Shown here: piece by piece, positions 10,247 to 22,608 of the stretch | Layout of the letters: each line of letters begins with the position of its first letter | Numbering within the stretch: position 1 is the first letter of the stretch | DNA from: Lingula anatina | Taxonomy: Eukaryota; Animalia; Brachiopoda | DNA: 64,000 nt | NCBI GenBank assembly: GCA_051362555.1 | Contig: CM120642.1 | Span: forward strand, 17,422,001 to 17,486,000 | Direction of reading: 5' to 3' | Made by a program: the position numbers and the translations under genes | Notes under the pieces: generated by a model | Told to the model about the DNA's origin: nothing | Database searches by the model: none | The model's input: the letters and a program-made list of their open reading frames with translations, nothing else

Positions 10247-13200
10247 TAGGTGAGCGGCAAAACCCCAAAAAGTGCTTTATTTAAGGAGTTTAGTGTCCCC
10301 TTTATACACAGACCTGAATTATATACCATTTGAAAGCTCAGAGTCTGCTGGTCAAAGTTAGCCATGATGTGGAAATGGCAATTGCCTGCGTAACCATGGA
10401 AACGGACAATTTCCAAGATGGCCGCCTGTTTTTTTGCATTTTTTCTAAAAATACAAATCATTGATAAACATACCTAAAACATTGTCTATCATCTAACCTT
10501 TACATGTTTGGTGATGAGGGAGGTTATGGGCTAAAAAAAACACCATAGCAGGATTTCAAGATGGCCGCCGTTTTCAAGATGGCCGCCATTGTTTATGAAA
10601 AATTGGTCAAATTTTCTCATTTTATTCCAAATCTTTCCATATAGAATCAAAACTGTGGTGTCCACAAAATAGTTATTGCATGAATTATACAAAGTAGGTA
10701 TATTTTCATTTAGTTATGGCATTTGGTTAAATTTGGGGGATGGTAAAGCAGTCAATTTTCAAATATTCAACATGGCCACCATGAAATGCCTATTTCCATG
10801 AGGTAGGCTTTTGTGCACTTAAATAACCAAAAAAATTATTTTTATTACCAAGCTCAAAACATATTTTTGCTAGATGCTAGATTTTACATGATGCTTCATA
10901 CAACTTCTTCAAAATGGCCACCATTTTCAAGATGGCCACCGTCTTCAAGATGGCTACCATCATTTGTGAAAAGTGTTTGAATTTGCTCATTTTTTTCCAA
11001 ATCTTTTCATATAAAATCAAAACCATAATGTCCATATGACTATTATGGAATGAATTATACAAAGCAGTCATTAATTTATTACATTATGGCATTTGGTTTA
11101 ACTTCAGTGATATTTAACAGACATTTCTTAAATATTCAAAACGACTCACTGCCATGAAATGCAAATTTGTGTAACTTGGGATTTGATTCAGCTAAATCAT
11201 CAAATAAATAATTTTTGTGTCCAAGCTCTCATACATATTTGTGCTAGATGCTACTTGATGCTTAATACATCTTCAAGATGGCCACCATTTTCAAGATGGC
11301 CGCCAAATGGAGTTTTTTCTCAAAATTGTATTACGCACATCTAAAGGATAAAATTATTCGCAAAGCATTACTACATATATGGTTGTAAAAGAAAAATAAT
11401 TGTAGGATATGTGCTATTACTGCAACTTTTCACTTGTAATAAACAATTTTTGGATTTTCCAATATTTATATGTACTAACACATGTTAAGTCAAGTCAAAG
11501 TTAATACTGTATTTCTTGTTGTGAACCTTTGTGCGCGATTGTCACAGTAAAAAGAAATCCCATAGTTTGGAAATATGTAGACAATTTAAAAAAAATTATT
11601 TATTTGTTTTGATCTATCAAATTTAATGTATTTACCATTACCAAAATGTCTGTCATATTAAAACAGGAACCTATCTTTATTTGAAGTGCATCAGTCCATA
11701 TAACCCACTGCAAATCCATGATGCATTTCTGCAGTCTACATTTATCAAGTTGACTTCTCAGTAAAGAAAGGAGCACATAAATACACTATTTTGCTGCTTC
11801 AATTATCTTCAAAATTTTATCTCAGTACATTTCTAAGTACCCATACTCTCATATATCCCTTAAAATGCTTGTGCTTGCATGCATTATCTACTCACACACA
11901 CCCACGAACACATATACATGCTAAACCCTTAACGTGTTCTTTGTATCTACATTAGTGACCTGTCACTCATGCTCTTTCATCAAAATCATAATCAATTTCA
12001 ATACATGTCCCCAGAGAATATGGATTCTGACATATCTAGTAGGTACACTGGGTCCTTTGAGCATAGTTTGTCGCAAACAATTTGGGCAACATTGCCCTTA
12101 CTGACACAAGCTGCATCTCCCGGTAACCAGTGCACCCTGTTCTAACAAAGTTTAAAAGAAGAGCTTGAAGGAGGCAGTCCCAAAACTGAAATGTAGGAAA
12201 TTCCCCTCATCCCCAGGCCTGGAAATCTGAGAAATTTGGCAGCAGATCCTCAGACATACTCTCAGATACATGTTCGTCACCCATAAAACCCACAGCACAA
12301 GACTTGTAAAACTCCTACACATTTGACACCTCATACCACACCAACTGTGAAACTTCGCTATTCTTTCTTTGGTACCAAAATAAAAAGCTGACAATCTGAG
12401 AGATATCAAAGCTTTAAATGCCAAAGTAAGCCCTCTTATTGCCATGTTGAATTGTTTTCCACACAACCCTCTGCGCTGAAGTGGATGCTGCATAAACATC
12501 AGACTCTACAATGGCCACCAATGGCCAACAAATCTGCAATGGCCCAAATTTTCCCAATAGAAGCAATGAAGCATGACAGTGTATGGGAACCACCCATACA
12601 AATGACATGGCAACCAAACTCTTCAGGAAAAGACCAGTTTATTTGTTGGGCTATGGCATATAGCTGTTGGTCGTCCGTTTGTACAGCAAATTGCTGTGCA
12701 AGTGAAGCACTCGTACCCCAACACTTCAACATTGTGGTGTAAAATGTGTACATGTCATTAGGTTTAACATCAAGAAGTGGCATATATGCAACTGCAGTGT
12801 AGGTCGTTTTCTTCACAGACAGCTGATTGAATCCTGTCCAGAAAGAAATGACCTGCAGGTGCCAAAGCTAAACTTTATTGTTTACAGGTAGGAGATTTTG
12901 ATGGGACATTCTCAAAAGACTCCATGCAATAACATTAACTTGCATTACATTCTCTTTGTAATAATTGAGCTGTTTTAAAACCTCTCTTCTTGGTGGCTCA
13001 GCAAGTGTCTTAGGTTTCTAAAATGGTGTGCATTCTATTGGTGAATTGGATTTATCAGAGAGAGCAAGTGACTTGGACTTCCCAACTTCTAATGGGATTC
13101 TTTTACGTACTCACAGGGAGGTGTAGAACTTGCTTTTGAAAAACTACTGGCTCACCATAGCATGGGAGGTGTTTTCCCATCCGTAGTTTCTGCACTAATG

Positions 13201-15857
13201 TCAATGTTGTCGTCACCCTCATGGATAATATGACCACCATCACAGTGTGACACAATGTCATGTGGAATGTAGACACCATCTTGCTGCCTTTCTACTTCTA
13301 ACTCAGCAATGTATGTCATTAATCCTTCTAATATCACCATAGGAGATGCAAAAACCGTGGCTGTGAAAGGTATCTATCAAACTACAAGACCCAAAATCAA
13401 TGTGCAGTTGTGCTGCAAGTCCTACTTGTAGAGGTGGAAGAACTTTGCAACAGCTGAACATTATGCATTCAGCAATAGCCAGGCATCTTCTGTGTACACC
13501 ATCAGATGATGGAAACTCACTGCTCGCTGCATTAAATGCATCTAAGTTGGTTAATCCAAAAAACAAACTTTAAAGCAAATCTGGGACAAATAGGCTTAAT
13601 TTCTGAGACTAATGTCACTTGGTAAGGGGTAGTATTCTGAAAGACCTTTTTTCTGTGTTTTCAAGATAGAAACTGCTTTGTATACATTGATTAATTGGAA
13701 GACAAGTGATCAGCATCTTCTGTCACTGTATCTTATGGATCTAGTGAGATTGTTGAGCTCAGGTCTTGTATGATTCTTTGGGCAGCTTTGATAGCGTCAC
13801 CTAAAGAAATCTTACTACAACACATAACAGCTAGTGGACTTCCCTTGTCCGTATTATACAAGAAAATGAAACAGCATCACCATAATGCTTTGTAGTCTCA
13901 TTTTGAGCTTTTCACCTCGATAGTTGGACGCCACACTAGAAAGGAGCAGAAATCTCTACCTGTCAAGAAGGCTAGATACTAGTAGTGTAAAAGCTTTATT
14001 GTTTGCCATCAGGTCATAATCTATTTCTGCTATCAGTTGATAGACTGCAACATCATACAGATTACCAGATTTCATTGAGGGGTGATAAGTCAGATTGGTT
14101 TTACTAGTACTTATATACCCTGTAAGAGGAAAGACAGGATGCATGATATACAGCATCCCTTGCAATCAAATCATCTTTATCTAAGAACCTAATAAAGTTG
14201 TCACCTCATGTTACCTGCCATAGCATTTTGGTGAATCCAAATTGTTATTAACATTCTAAATGTATGGAAAACAATCCAAGAAGCTGTGTCAGCATTTGAT
14301 ATACTGAAAAGAATAGATCAAATGTACGTGGATGATTTGGCATTATAATGATAATGATAAACAATATGCATAGGAGGGTTCCTGTATCCCTTTTTCAGTG
14401 TATCCATTACTAATTATGCCTAATCATTGTTTTAGTAATCAAAGCTAGTATTTGTGTTCTATTTTTTTTTTTAATTTGACATTAAAAAATTAACACATAA
14501 CCCCCGACAATTTCATATCTTGCTGACAAAAGCTTTTTTTTATGGATTCTGACCTGCATAAGGGGATTATGGAAAAAAAAACACAACTACAAGTGAAAAC
14601 ATTATAGATATGATAGAGGTGTCATTGTCATTTTTTGCTATATTTGGTACCTTATATTTATTTCCTCTTAAATATTACCATAATTAAATCTCTTTATTAA
14701 ATAGAAAGTATCAAATATTTAAAATAGTAATTTTAACATTGATAATCCACAAAGGTGCAATACAAAAAATAAGAATGATAATTTAACATGGGGGGCCATA
14801 TTGGATTTGGCTGTCATTTTGAAGTTAACTGGTAGTTTTTTTTTAATTTGGGAAACACACAACATTCTTCAAAGCAATGTTAGAAGAGTGCTATAATTTG
14901 TTGCATGCTGTTTACTTTCATGTGAGAATTTGACTGACAGGAAGTCACCAGCATAAAATGTGTAAATAATGTCATTTCGTTTAAATGACATTTAAATTTG
15001 CATTTATCATATTAAAAAAAAACAATTAAAATCTTATAAAACAACATCAATTCAAAGCCAAAAACTTATTTTAAATTTTGGAGGTTTTTTGTTTTTATAT
15101 TGTATATGATTTTTTTTATTGTATAAATTTTGCCTTTGGAAAATGCTATTTTAGTGAATTTTAACAGGAAAATGGACGCCATCTTGAAAATGGTGGCCAT
15201 TTTGAAAAGGTTGTTTGAAGCATCATGTAGCATCAAGCATCTAGCACTAATATATGTGTGAGTTTGGCATTTAAAGATATTTTGTGATGATTTAGCTGAA
15301 CTAAAATCCACATCATGGAAATAGGCATTTCATGGCAGCCATTTTGAATATTTGAAAATTGACTGCTTAAACCTCTCCCAAATTTAACCAAATGCCACAA
15401 TGTAATGTAATAATAATTACTTAATGTAATCCAGGCAATAAAGGTTATATGAACATTGTTGTTTTGATTTTATATGTAAAGTTTTGGAATAAAATGATAA
15501 AATTTGACCAATATTTCACAAACAATGGCGGCCATCTTGAAAACGGCGGCCATCTTGAAATTCTGGTATGGTGTTTTTTTTAGCCCATAACCTCCCTCAA
15601 CACAAAACATGTAAAGGTTAGATGATAGACAATGTTTTAGGTATGTTTATCAATGATTTGCATTTTTAGAAAAAATGCAAAAAAACAGGCGGCCATCTTG
15701 GAAATTGTCCGTTTCCATGGTTACGCAGGCAATTGCCATTTCCACATCATGGCTAACTTTGACCAGCAGACTCTGAGCTTTCAAATGATATATAATTCAG
15801 GTCTGTGTATAAAGGGGACACTAAATCTGAAAATTTTGGCCTTCTGCCGCTCACCTT
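10247..15857 (-). mobile_element. Academ-like DNA transposon with long TIRs and a decayed transposase
   Basis: Termini TAGGTGAGCGGCA...TGCCGCTCACCT; near-perfect inverted repeat 10289-~10630 vs ~15485-15825, imperfect over about 700 bp (mirror ORFs 10144-10461 and 15653-15859); internal transposase fragments. Confidence 0.8.
12100..14230 (-). pseudogene. Frameshifted DDE transposase remnant of the Academ-like element
   Basis: Fragments PLQVGLAAQLHIDFGSCSLIDTFHSHGFCISYGDIRR, DDNIDISAETTDGK and VAYMPLLD..PND..TFYTTM...VQTDDQQLYAIAQQINW..PEEF..HVICMGGSHTL resemble Academ-type transposase motifs (DQ.LY...W...F......LG.FH); spread across frames with stops. Confidence 0.7.
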
Positions 15858-18800
15858 GATTATTGCATATGAGGTCCATGTTATTTGTGAAATTCAATTT
15901 ATTTTATTAAACCGCTGACACTCCGTCTTGCATACTTTTATTAAACTGAGGTAAACAATGCCCGTTACCTTTACAAGTCCTATCTTAATCATCCATCTAC
16001 CTGGAACTTCCTTTACCTCTTAATTAGAGGGTTAAATGGCATTCAATTTGTCTTGCTTGTATCGAACGCACTCTCTATCTAAGCTTTTCTCCAGTTATCT
16101 CAGGTAAAAATCTACCTGTGCGTTAGTTACAAAGCGCAGCTCCCGTAGACCTGGGGGTACTAGATAAAATCTGAACACCAGGTTTATCGAGGAGCTAGAG
16201 AAAGAAAGGAAGAATTTTTCCTGCAAAACTTCATAGGAATGTCAACACGGACTTGATCCAGCTTAGACCTCCAAACTAACAGGGTGACATGGGCAATTTT
16301 CACAAACAAATCATAAAACTATATTTCAGTTAACCGCCTTTAAAATAAATATACCGTTCTGGGTAAATTAAAATAGTTATTAAATCGCAAGAATATTTTT
16401 GACTTAAATGATGATTTTATTATTAATGGAAATTAAGCTACTATATGAGGTACATTTGCTGTGATTACGCTGTCCTTCATGTTTTGCGTAAGTCTACATT
16501 TTGCTGTATGTGCTTGTAATCTTTTTAAATATGTGCGTACAATTTTTGCAGGTCTGGTTACCCCCCTGTTATGTGATGAGAGTATTAATTTGGCAATTAG
16601 TTCCTTAGCTTATTTGAATAGAATTGCAGTGTAAAATTTTTAACAAGATGTTGGCGAAATAGCCCATTACTCTTTGTAGGTATTTCCCCCGTCAAAGTTT
16701 GTCTAAAATTATCTTTCAATCTTTACTCTTTCAAAGACAGTATAAAGTTACCTGACATATTTTCGTGTAAACTTAATGACAAGCCAAGTGTCTCCAGTTC
16801 ATTCCGTACTCAATTTTACCCAAGCAAATTTTTTTCTTGAGTAGATCTTTATAGCACGTTGTTATAAGCTTACAAATTTGCTAAATTTGCTAAATTTGCT
16901 AATTTGCTATAAGCTAAAAAAAAAAAATTGCGTACTGACGCAGAATTTGCGTTTCAAGTTATAAAATAATCAATCTTTTAAATTCTTTAATATTTCAGAT
17001 GAAATAATCTTCAGAAACAAATCCTCAAAGCATAAACGAATTAGGATAACGAACCATTTTATTATAGCAGTTCCCATTTTTTCTTTAATATAACGCTCTT
17101 TTTCCTGTTTTTCCTCAACACGTTTTCTTCCACGGAAGCTTCAAGATACCCTGAGAGCAATTTCTTTTATTAATGTTCGCGACCGTGTTTGAACTTAATT
17201 GTTTAAGTATTGATATTTAACGTCATTTACAAATACCAATAAAATAACCCCATGAAATAAATGAGATATATTGAAAAATATGAAAGCCCACCAAGACGAG
17301 TTTCATACCTGTTATTACCTGGCTTGGGAATTGCAGCGGTGCATAATTAACAGGTTTGTTGTAAACGAGCTTTTGGTCTACTACAATGCATTTAAAATGC
17401 ATCAGCAATCAGTAAGTTTGCCAACTGATGACAGTTAATCTGAAAGACTACCAGCTCTTGATATGATCTAAACCACCTGAGGTGACCATGATCTAGAGCA
17501 TCGCAACTATTGTCACCGAAGTTAGTAAGTAAGTCACGGAAGACCGTCACAGACAAAGAAAGATTGTCAACGAGAGCTGCAATTTTGGTGAATCCCACGG
17601 CAACACACCGAGGCATAACGAAAATTCCTCAACTCCGTTCAACACAACTTTCCTTAACTTCTCCGTCTGTATGCACCTGCAGCTCAGTTGAGTCTCATAG
17701 ACCTTTATCGTGATTGTCGTCACAGTACCACGTGACCCAGATCTGTTGCTTCATTTTTGCATATTGAGGTGAGGTTTACTAAAACGCTTTTTTTCTACTA
17801 ATAGATTGTTTTTATAATTTTTAAATGGCGGGGATCGATTAAAACATACCTCTAGTGTATAGATTGAGTGCTGTATCTTCAAAATTCGAGAAATGGATTT
17901 TTACATGAACATTGTCCTTTAAGTAGTCTTACAATGTACAGGTATATGATAACAAAATTCCACTGACCTTTCGGTTTCACTGTAGTAGCGACGGCAGGTT
18001 TTATGGTTGTAGGGGGAACGGTAGTGGCAGGTGGAGCTATGAACACGTTAAAAACAATTCAAAGATATATATTCGTATTATTATGACAAAGTAGTTATTT
18101 TATAAGATGATTCGTTTTATTAGTTATATCTAAAGGAACGTTATTTCCCGCGCGCGCGCGCGCGCACGCACGCATGCACACACACACACACACACGCACG
18201 CATACACACACACACACACACTAGGCCTACATGTAGGCCTATATCATGAAAATCGATTACCCTGTGTCTCAATTACTGAATTCAGTTTTAAAAGACCTGA
18301 CTTAATTTGGGATCACGGCATTTGGGATTCACATTTTTACATGAATAGTTGACGAATCTTGCAGCATGCACTTTGGCGTTTTGCGTCTATTTGATTTAAT
18401 TTCACGTATTTTGATACAACACCCACCTTTTTGCATCTCACATACGGATGCGCGTCATTACACGCCTGATCCCAAACAGTTTCGGCACTATCTTGACGAA
18501 TTAGTCCACAGGTGCTTCTTCTCGCTGTTAAAACAGACATGGTTATGTTTTTTAAGAAAAAAAACTACTTTTTTAAAGCAAGCTTAATGCCAACTTGAAT
18601 GAGGAGAATGAAAGAAAGATGAATAAAAATATGAGAAGGTTTTGACACTATAAATCATTTTTAATTTTCTCAGTGGTTCGTCTTAGATGATTAAGCGTAC
18701 AGTATAACTGACATTAAAACTCGCATGAGAGAGAGAGAGAGAGGAAGAAATTTACCAGCTAAACATTCATTTTTCTTAAAAAGTATTCCTGTCCACAACT

Positions 18801-19613
18801 TGCTGGCAGTTTGTGACCTAAAAAAATAATAAAACGTATTTTCCTCACAAATGAGCTTGCTTGAAGATGTGCTAGCAGTTTAAGTAAAGATGCAACTAAA
18901 TTAAATAAAATAAATGTGTATTTTAAAACACCCTAGAAATATTTCTTGAAATAATGTAGAAAATGATCTTAATCACCTGAACTCTGCTTTAATGCATACT
19001 TGCGACCCACGGTATGACAAATTAGGTGGAAAATGACCGTGACATAATTCTTACAATTTGATAAACTAAGGTCGACAAGAGCACAAAATTTATCATTATC
19101 GAATTTAACATATGCTATATAGGGAGCTATAAGATACCGGTGTGTTTGTCGAGAGCTTAGGGCATTATTATCAGCGATCTCCCAAGGAAGCTAGATAAAA
19201 ATTGCGTCCGTTTACTTACGCAAAACAAATTACTTACTAGAAATGTCAAATATCTTTTAAACACAGGATTGACAGTTACATGTACCTTACGACGCAATTC
19301 ACATAATTAATCCAGTCGTTGGTTATGTACGCCTTTATCCGGTAGCCGACCCAGAATTCTGTCGCATTCACACCCCTGATAGCAGCGTACAGAAACGTCT
19401 GTTCTTCACGACTCCCAATCTCGGCAAGATGGCCACCGAGTTTCTGACAGTCGGTTTCAGCCATGAGCCAGTTGGCTTCCTTGCACGATATTTTATACCA
19501 TGTTTTGGGTTGATCCTTCGGAACACCGACCCATTTATCAGAACAGGTATCGGCAGCTGAAGCAGAATCCAATGGGCAGCCATATCGGTTTTTTTTTTTT
19601 GCATTTAATGTTA

Positions 19614-19871
19614 TGACCCCTTTCCCGTACCTAGATCGATCTGGCGGGATCGACCCATCTCCGTCTGGTTTCTCGCTAAATTGCATTCAGATTAAGAGGC
19701 TCTGATGTCTGGCACTGCTACTGAAGCTATTAGGGGGTAATTAACAAATGTTTAGCAGCTTCAGTAGGCGTGTCTGACATCTAAACTGCTTAATAATCTA
19801 AATGCAGTTTAGCGAGAATCCCCTTGGATGGGTCGTTCCTGTTAGATCGGTCTAGGTATGGAAATGGGGTC
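19614..19871. mobile_element. Full-length palindromic MITE (about 260 bp, Harbinger-like)
   Basis: GACCCCTTTCCCGTACCTAGATCGATCT...AGATCGGTCTAGGTATGGAAATGGGGTC inverted ends, TTA on both sides; related to copies at 4478 and 47985. Confidence 0.7.
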
Positions 19872-20106
19872 TTATTCAAATACAGGTATGTTTGCGCATT
19901 TGAAACTGAAGGCTAATTTCTGTTTATGAATACCTCTGTTTTTCGTGTATACCTCGACACAACTGAAGCAAATCCAAACACACTAGTAGGCCCTATACAT
20001 ACAGATCCAACACTTATGCAGATGCTGACATGCTTCGAATGTACTGCATCACATCAAAAGTAACTTTAAGTAGTAATAATTGAACTATTTCTGTGCATTT
20101 CAATAT

Positions 20107-20491
20107 GTTACGGGGTAGGATCTAAAGTGAACGTTGCCAGATAATGCGTCCCTTCTCACCTATCTGTTGGCTACCCGTTGAGTACCACAACGAAATTCAA
20201 AGAACAACCCATCCCAAAAGAGAACCCTGCCAAAGATGCACTCTCATGTTGTGTCCAACCAATAACAGAGACCGGCTTCGATTTGAGGCAGGATTAAGTG
20301 ATCACATATTACTACGACGCGCTAAATTAATCTTGTTAGCAACCAAGTGCTGTTCAGACAAAGTTATACTTTCACGGATTCCGACCTGGTGGTTGGTCTG
20401 CTTGAGAAAACCACGGAGAGCAGAAGATATTGTTGGAAGAGCTATAGCGTGGTAAACCAATCGTCTTAAATTCTTTCACGTACGTGTAACT
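20107..20491. mobile_element. Possible solo LTR
   Basis: GC-richer 385-bp block starting TGTTAC and ending GTAAC(T); TSD imperfect. Confidence 0.25.
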
Positions 20492-21143
20492 AATTGACTG
20501 AATATATTTAACAACAGATTTTGACCACAGATTGTAATATCACCCCAACACATCACTTCCTGCATGCCACTTAAATGATGTCGATGATATAGAGACCGGT
20601 TTTAGTCGGGTTAGAACTAACCTAGAGTGAACTGACCCTAAGAAAGGAGACTTATATTTCAGTCGACACATATTTCAGGACGCGTGACATTGACAGTGTA
20701 CGTCGTGGTGGCTTTTAGATTTGATACTGATGGTTGGGGTCGCCTAAGATAACCCTAAGTGTTAATAATGTTTGTAAGGTACTATAGTACAGAGATGCAA
20801 TATCATATCGATGTTTGACAGTTTATGAAAAAGGAACCATACTGTTTGGTGCACCTGCGTACAACGACAGAATTCCACTGTCTGTAGAGTACATCACCTA
20901 AGATACTTTGTCGGGGTCCATTTCTTTAATTGTGCAGGACCTTTTTTATTATAACCCCGGCCCCCACATCACATTAAATAACCCTTTATAATATAACTTC
21001 TGGTGTTGGGCACTATGGACTCTCATCAGTAAATAAAGTGATCTGTAATAGGCCCTACTGCTACATAGATTCCCAGGTTCTGAATGAAACGACTTCATGT
21101 TTTAACTTCAACAGAATACATATGGCTAAACTAAAATTTAAAT

Positions 21144-21147
<4 letters not shown>

Positions 21148-21206
<59 letters not shown>
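21148..21206. repeat. (TA)n microsatellite
   Basis: Direct observation. Confidence 0.95.
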
Positions 21207-21210
<4 letters not shown>

Positions 21211-21318
21211 AAGGTCCCTTCTCAGGCTCAATCCAATCTCCTCTCTCCTTCTATTCTCCCGTCTAGTCTCGATCTCTTCAGTCTCTCATGTCTCCCATAA
21301 CCTTTAAGATTCCAGTTC

Positions 21319-21488
21319 CAGGGCCGTAGCCTCCGGGGGAGGGGGGGGGGGCAGGGGGGGCAGTTGCCCCCCCCTGGGATTTAGAATTTTCCACACTGGT
21401 AGGGGGACACCCCCTCCCCCCTCGGGGGCTTCGCCCCCTCGTGTCCGCTTACTGCCCCCCCTGGCATTTTGCTCAGGCTACGGCCCTG
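21319..21488. mobile_element. GC-rich MITE with CAGGGCCGTAGC termini
   Basis: CAGGGCCGTAGC...GCTACGGCCCTG; AGTTC repeated on both flanks; related elements at about 22994-23141 and 59294-59460. Confidence 0.7.
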
Positions 21489-22608
21489 AGTTCACTTATT
21501 TCTATGCTAAACTTTATCAATTAATCTGTCAATCACACAACTTACAAACTGACTGGTTACTTCAGACACAAGTCCACCCCCTCATGATGGGCGTTCCCAA
21601 TACCTCCATGATATCAAGCTCTAATGGATTACTAGCTTGAAACAAAGACATTAAAATTTGAACTGCTAGGTGGGAAGTACTATCTAAATACACTTTAGCT
21701 TCCTGTGTGTGGATTTTATGAAAAACATGCTTCCACTGATTGAATTAAAACTACATAATGTATGAAAGTTAAAAAAAAATGGGCCTACTAATTACAATAT
21801 TTCAATACTGCGGTCCCTGACAGCTTGTTAATAGAAAAAAAGTGAAATATTTTGACACGATATCACAGTTAAAGTATGAACAATGCTGCGGAAATCTGTT
21901 TTTTATTTATTATCTTTTTATTTAATAGCAAACAATAGTAATCGATACTACATTATAAGACACATGCAGCTACCGGTATTTGTCAGTTACAAACAAATTT
22001 AATCTACCCCCAAAGACTGATATGCAAAATTCACACCCGGGGAAGAACAGTTAATCTAAATCAATCTTTCTGATTTAAATTGCAAAGTGGTAGATATTTT
22101 AGATGTATAGAATCCTAATAGTGCAAGTCTTCATGCAGTATACCAATACCATTTTAAGCAGGGGCGGATCCAGGATTATTTGAAGAGGGGAGGGGGGTCC
22201 GCGGATGCGGATACTGCATAATATTAGATAAGCTTTTAGTTCTCTTCACCTGTTTCATGGCTAAAAATTACATAATATAAAAAAAAGGGGCAGGAAATGA
22301 TGCAGCACAATTGAGACTCTCCACTTGCAGCATGGGCATCCTTGTTTTTGAAGGTCCTTAATGATTCACGTTTTACAATGTATATATCCCCAATGTTTGA
22401 AACACTTGAGTAAACACCAACATTTAAGCTCAAACAAATATTTTGAAAAAAAAAACAAGAAATATAAGAAATGAAATTCCTTGTCACATTTTGAATATGA
22501 ATCTGAACCGCATAATATTTGAACAAAAATTATCTTCAGGGCCAGGTAGGAGAGTTATCAATGGTATTTCAGTCTTTATAAATCTTTAAATATAAATATG
22601 TGTCATTA

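Larger units (their letters stand above)
9831..17918 (-). mobile_element. Decayed Kolobok-like DNA transposon hosting the nested Academ-like element
   Basis: TTAA|AGG...CCT|TTAA ends; both ends carry AGG(N)ttcatg and an inverted subterminal motif GGTCACGTGG..TGACGACAATC..AACTGAGCTGCA (about 9998-10070 and 17675-17738); ORF 17616 begins MPRCVAVG, like a THAP N-terminus. Confidence 0.55.
8618..19556 (-). pseudogene. Gene C: CTLD - Thr/Pro linker - VWC-like paralog without EGF exon; exons 19556-19286, 18817-18756, 18524-18427, 18036-17968, 9621-9507, 8729-8618; 4-nt frameshift in the third exon
   Basis: CTLD exon AADTCSDKW...WLMAETDCQKLGGHLAEIGSREEQTFL...FWVG; 62-nt phase 2-to-1 exon; STCGLIRQDSAETVWDQACNDAHPY; linker APPATTVPPTTIKPAVATTVKPK; VWC exons DSCEVGGKFYKARETWDVDCKRTCWCLRPSINFYYCEAK and CTDWTGVGIPPGCKLDPPKPGECCEVLNCSHITAPP* match gene A exon lengths (115 and 112 nt). 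Signal-peptide exon not confidently found. Confidence 0.72.

Noticed and set aside
10144-10461. ORF MICIFRKNAKK and its twin at 15653-15859
   Set aside because: Mirror readings of the transposon TIRs, not genes
17392-17742. Possible additional exon of gene C
   Set aside because: Lies inside the Kolobok-like element and stops after 7 codons in the required phase; better explained as transposon sequence
19930-20050. Candidate signal-peptide exon of gene C (GLLVCLDLLQLCRG|gt)
   Set aside because: In-frame stops upstream and no usable ATG; may be decayed but not supportable
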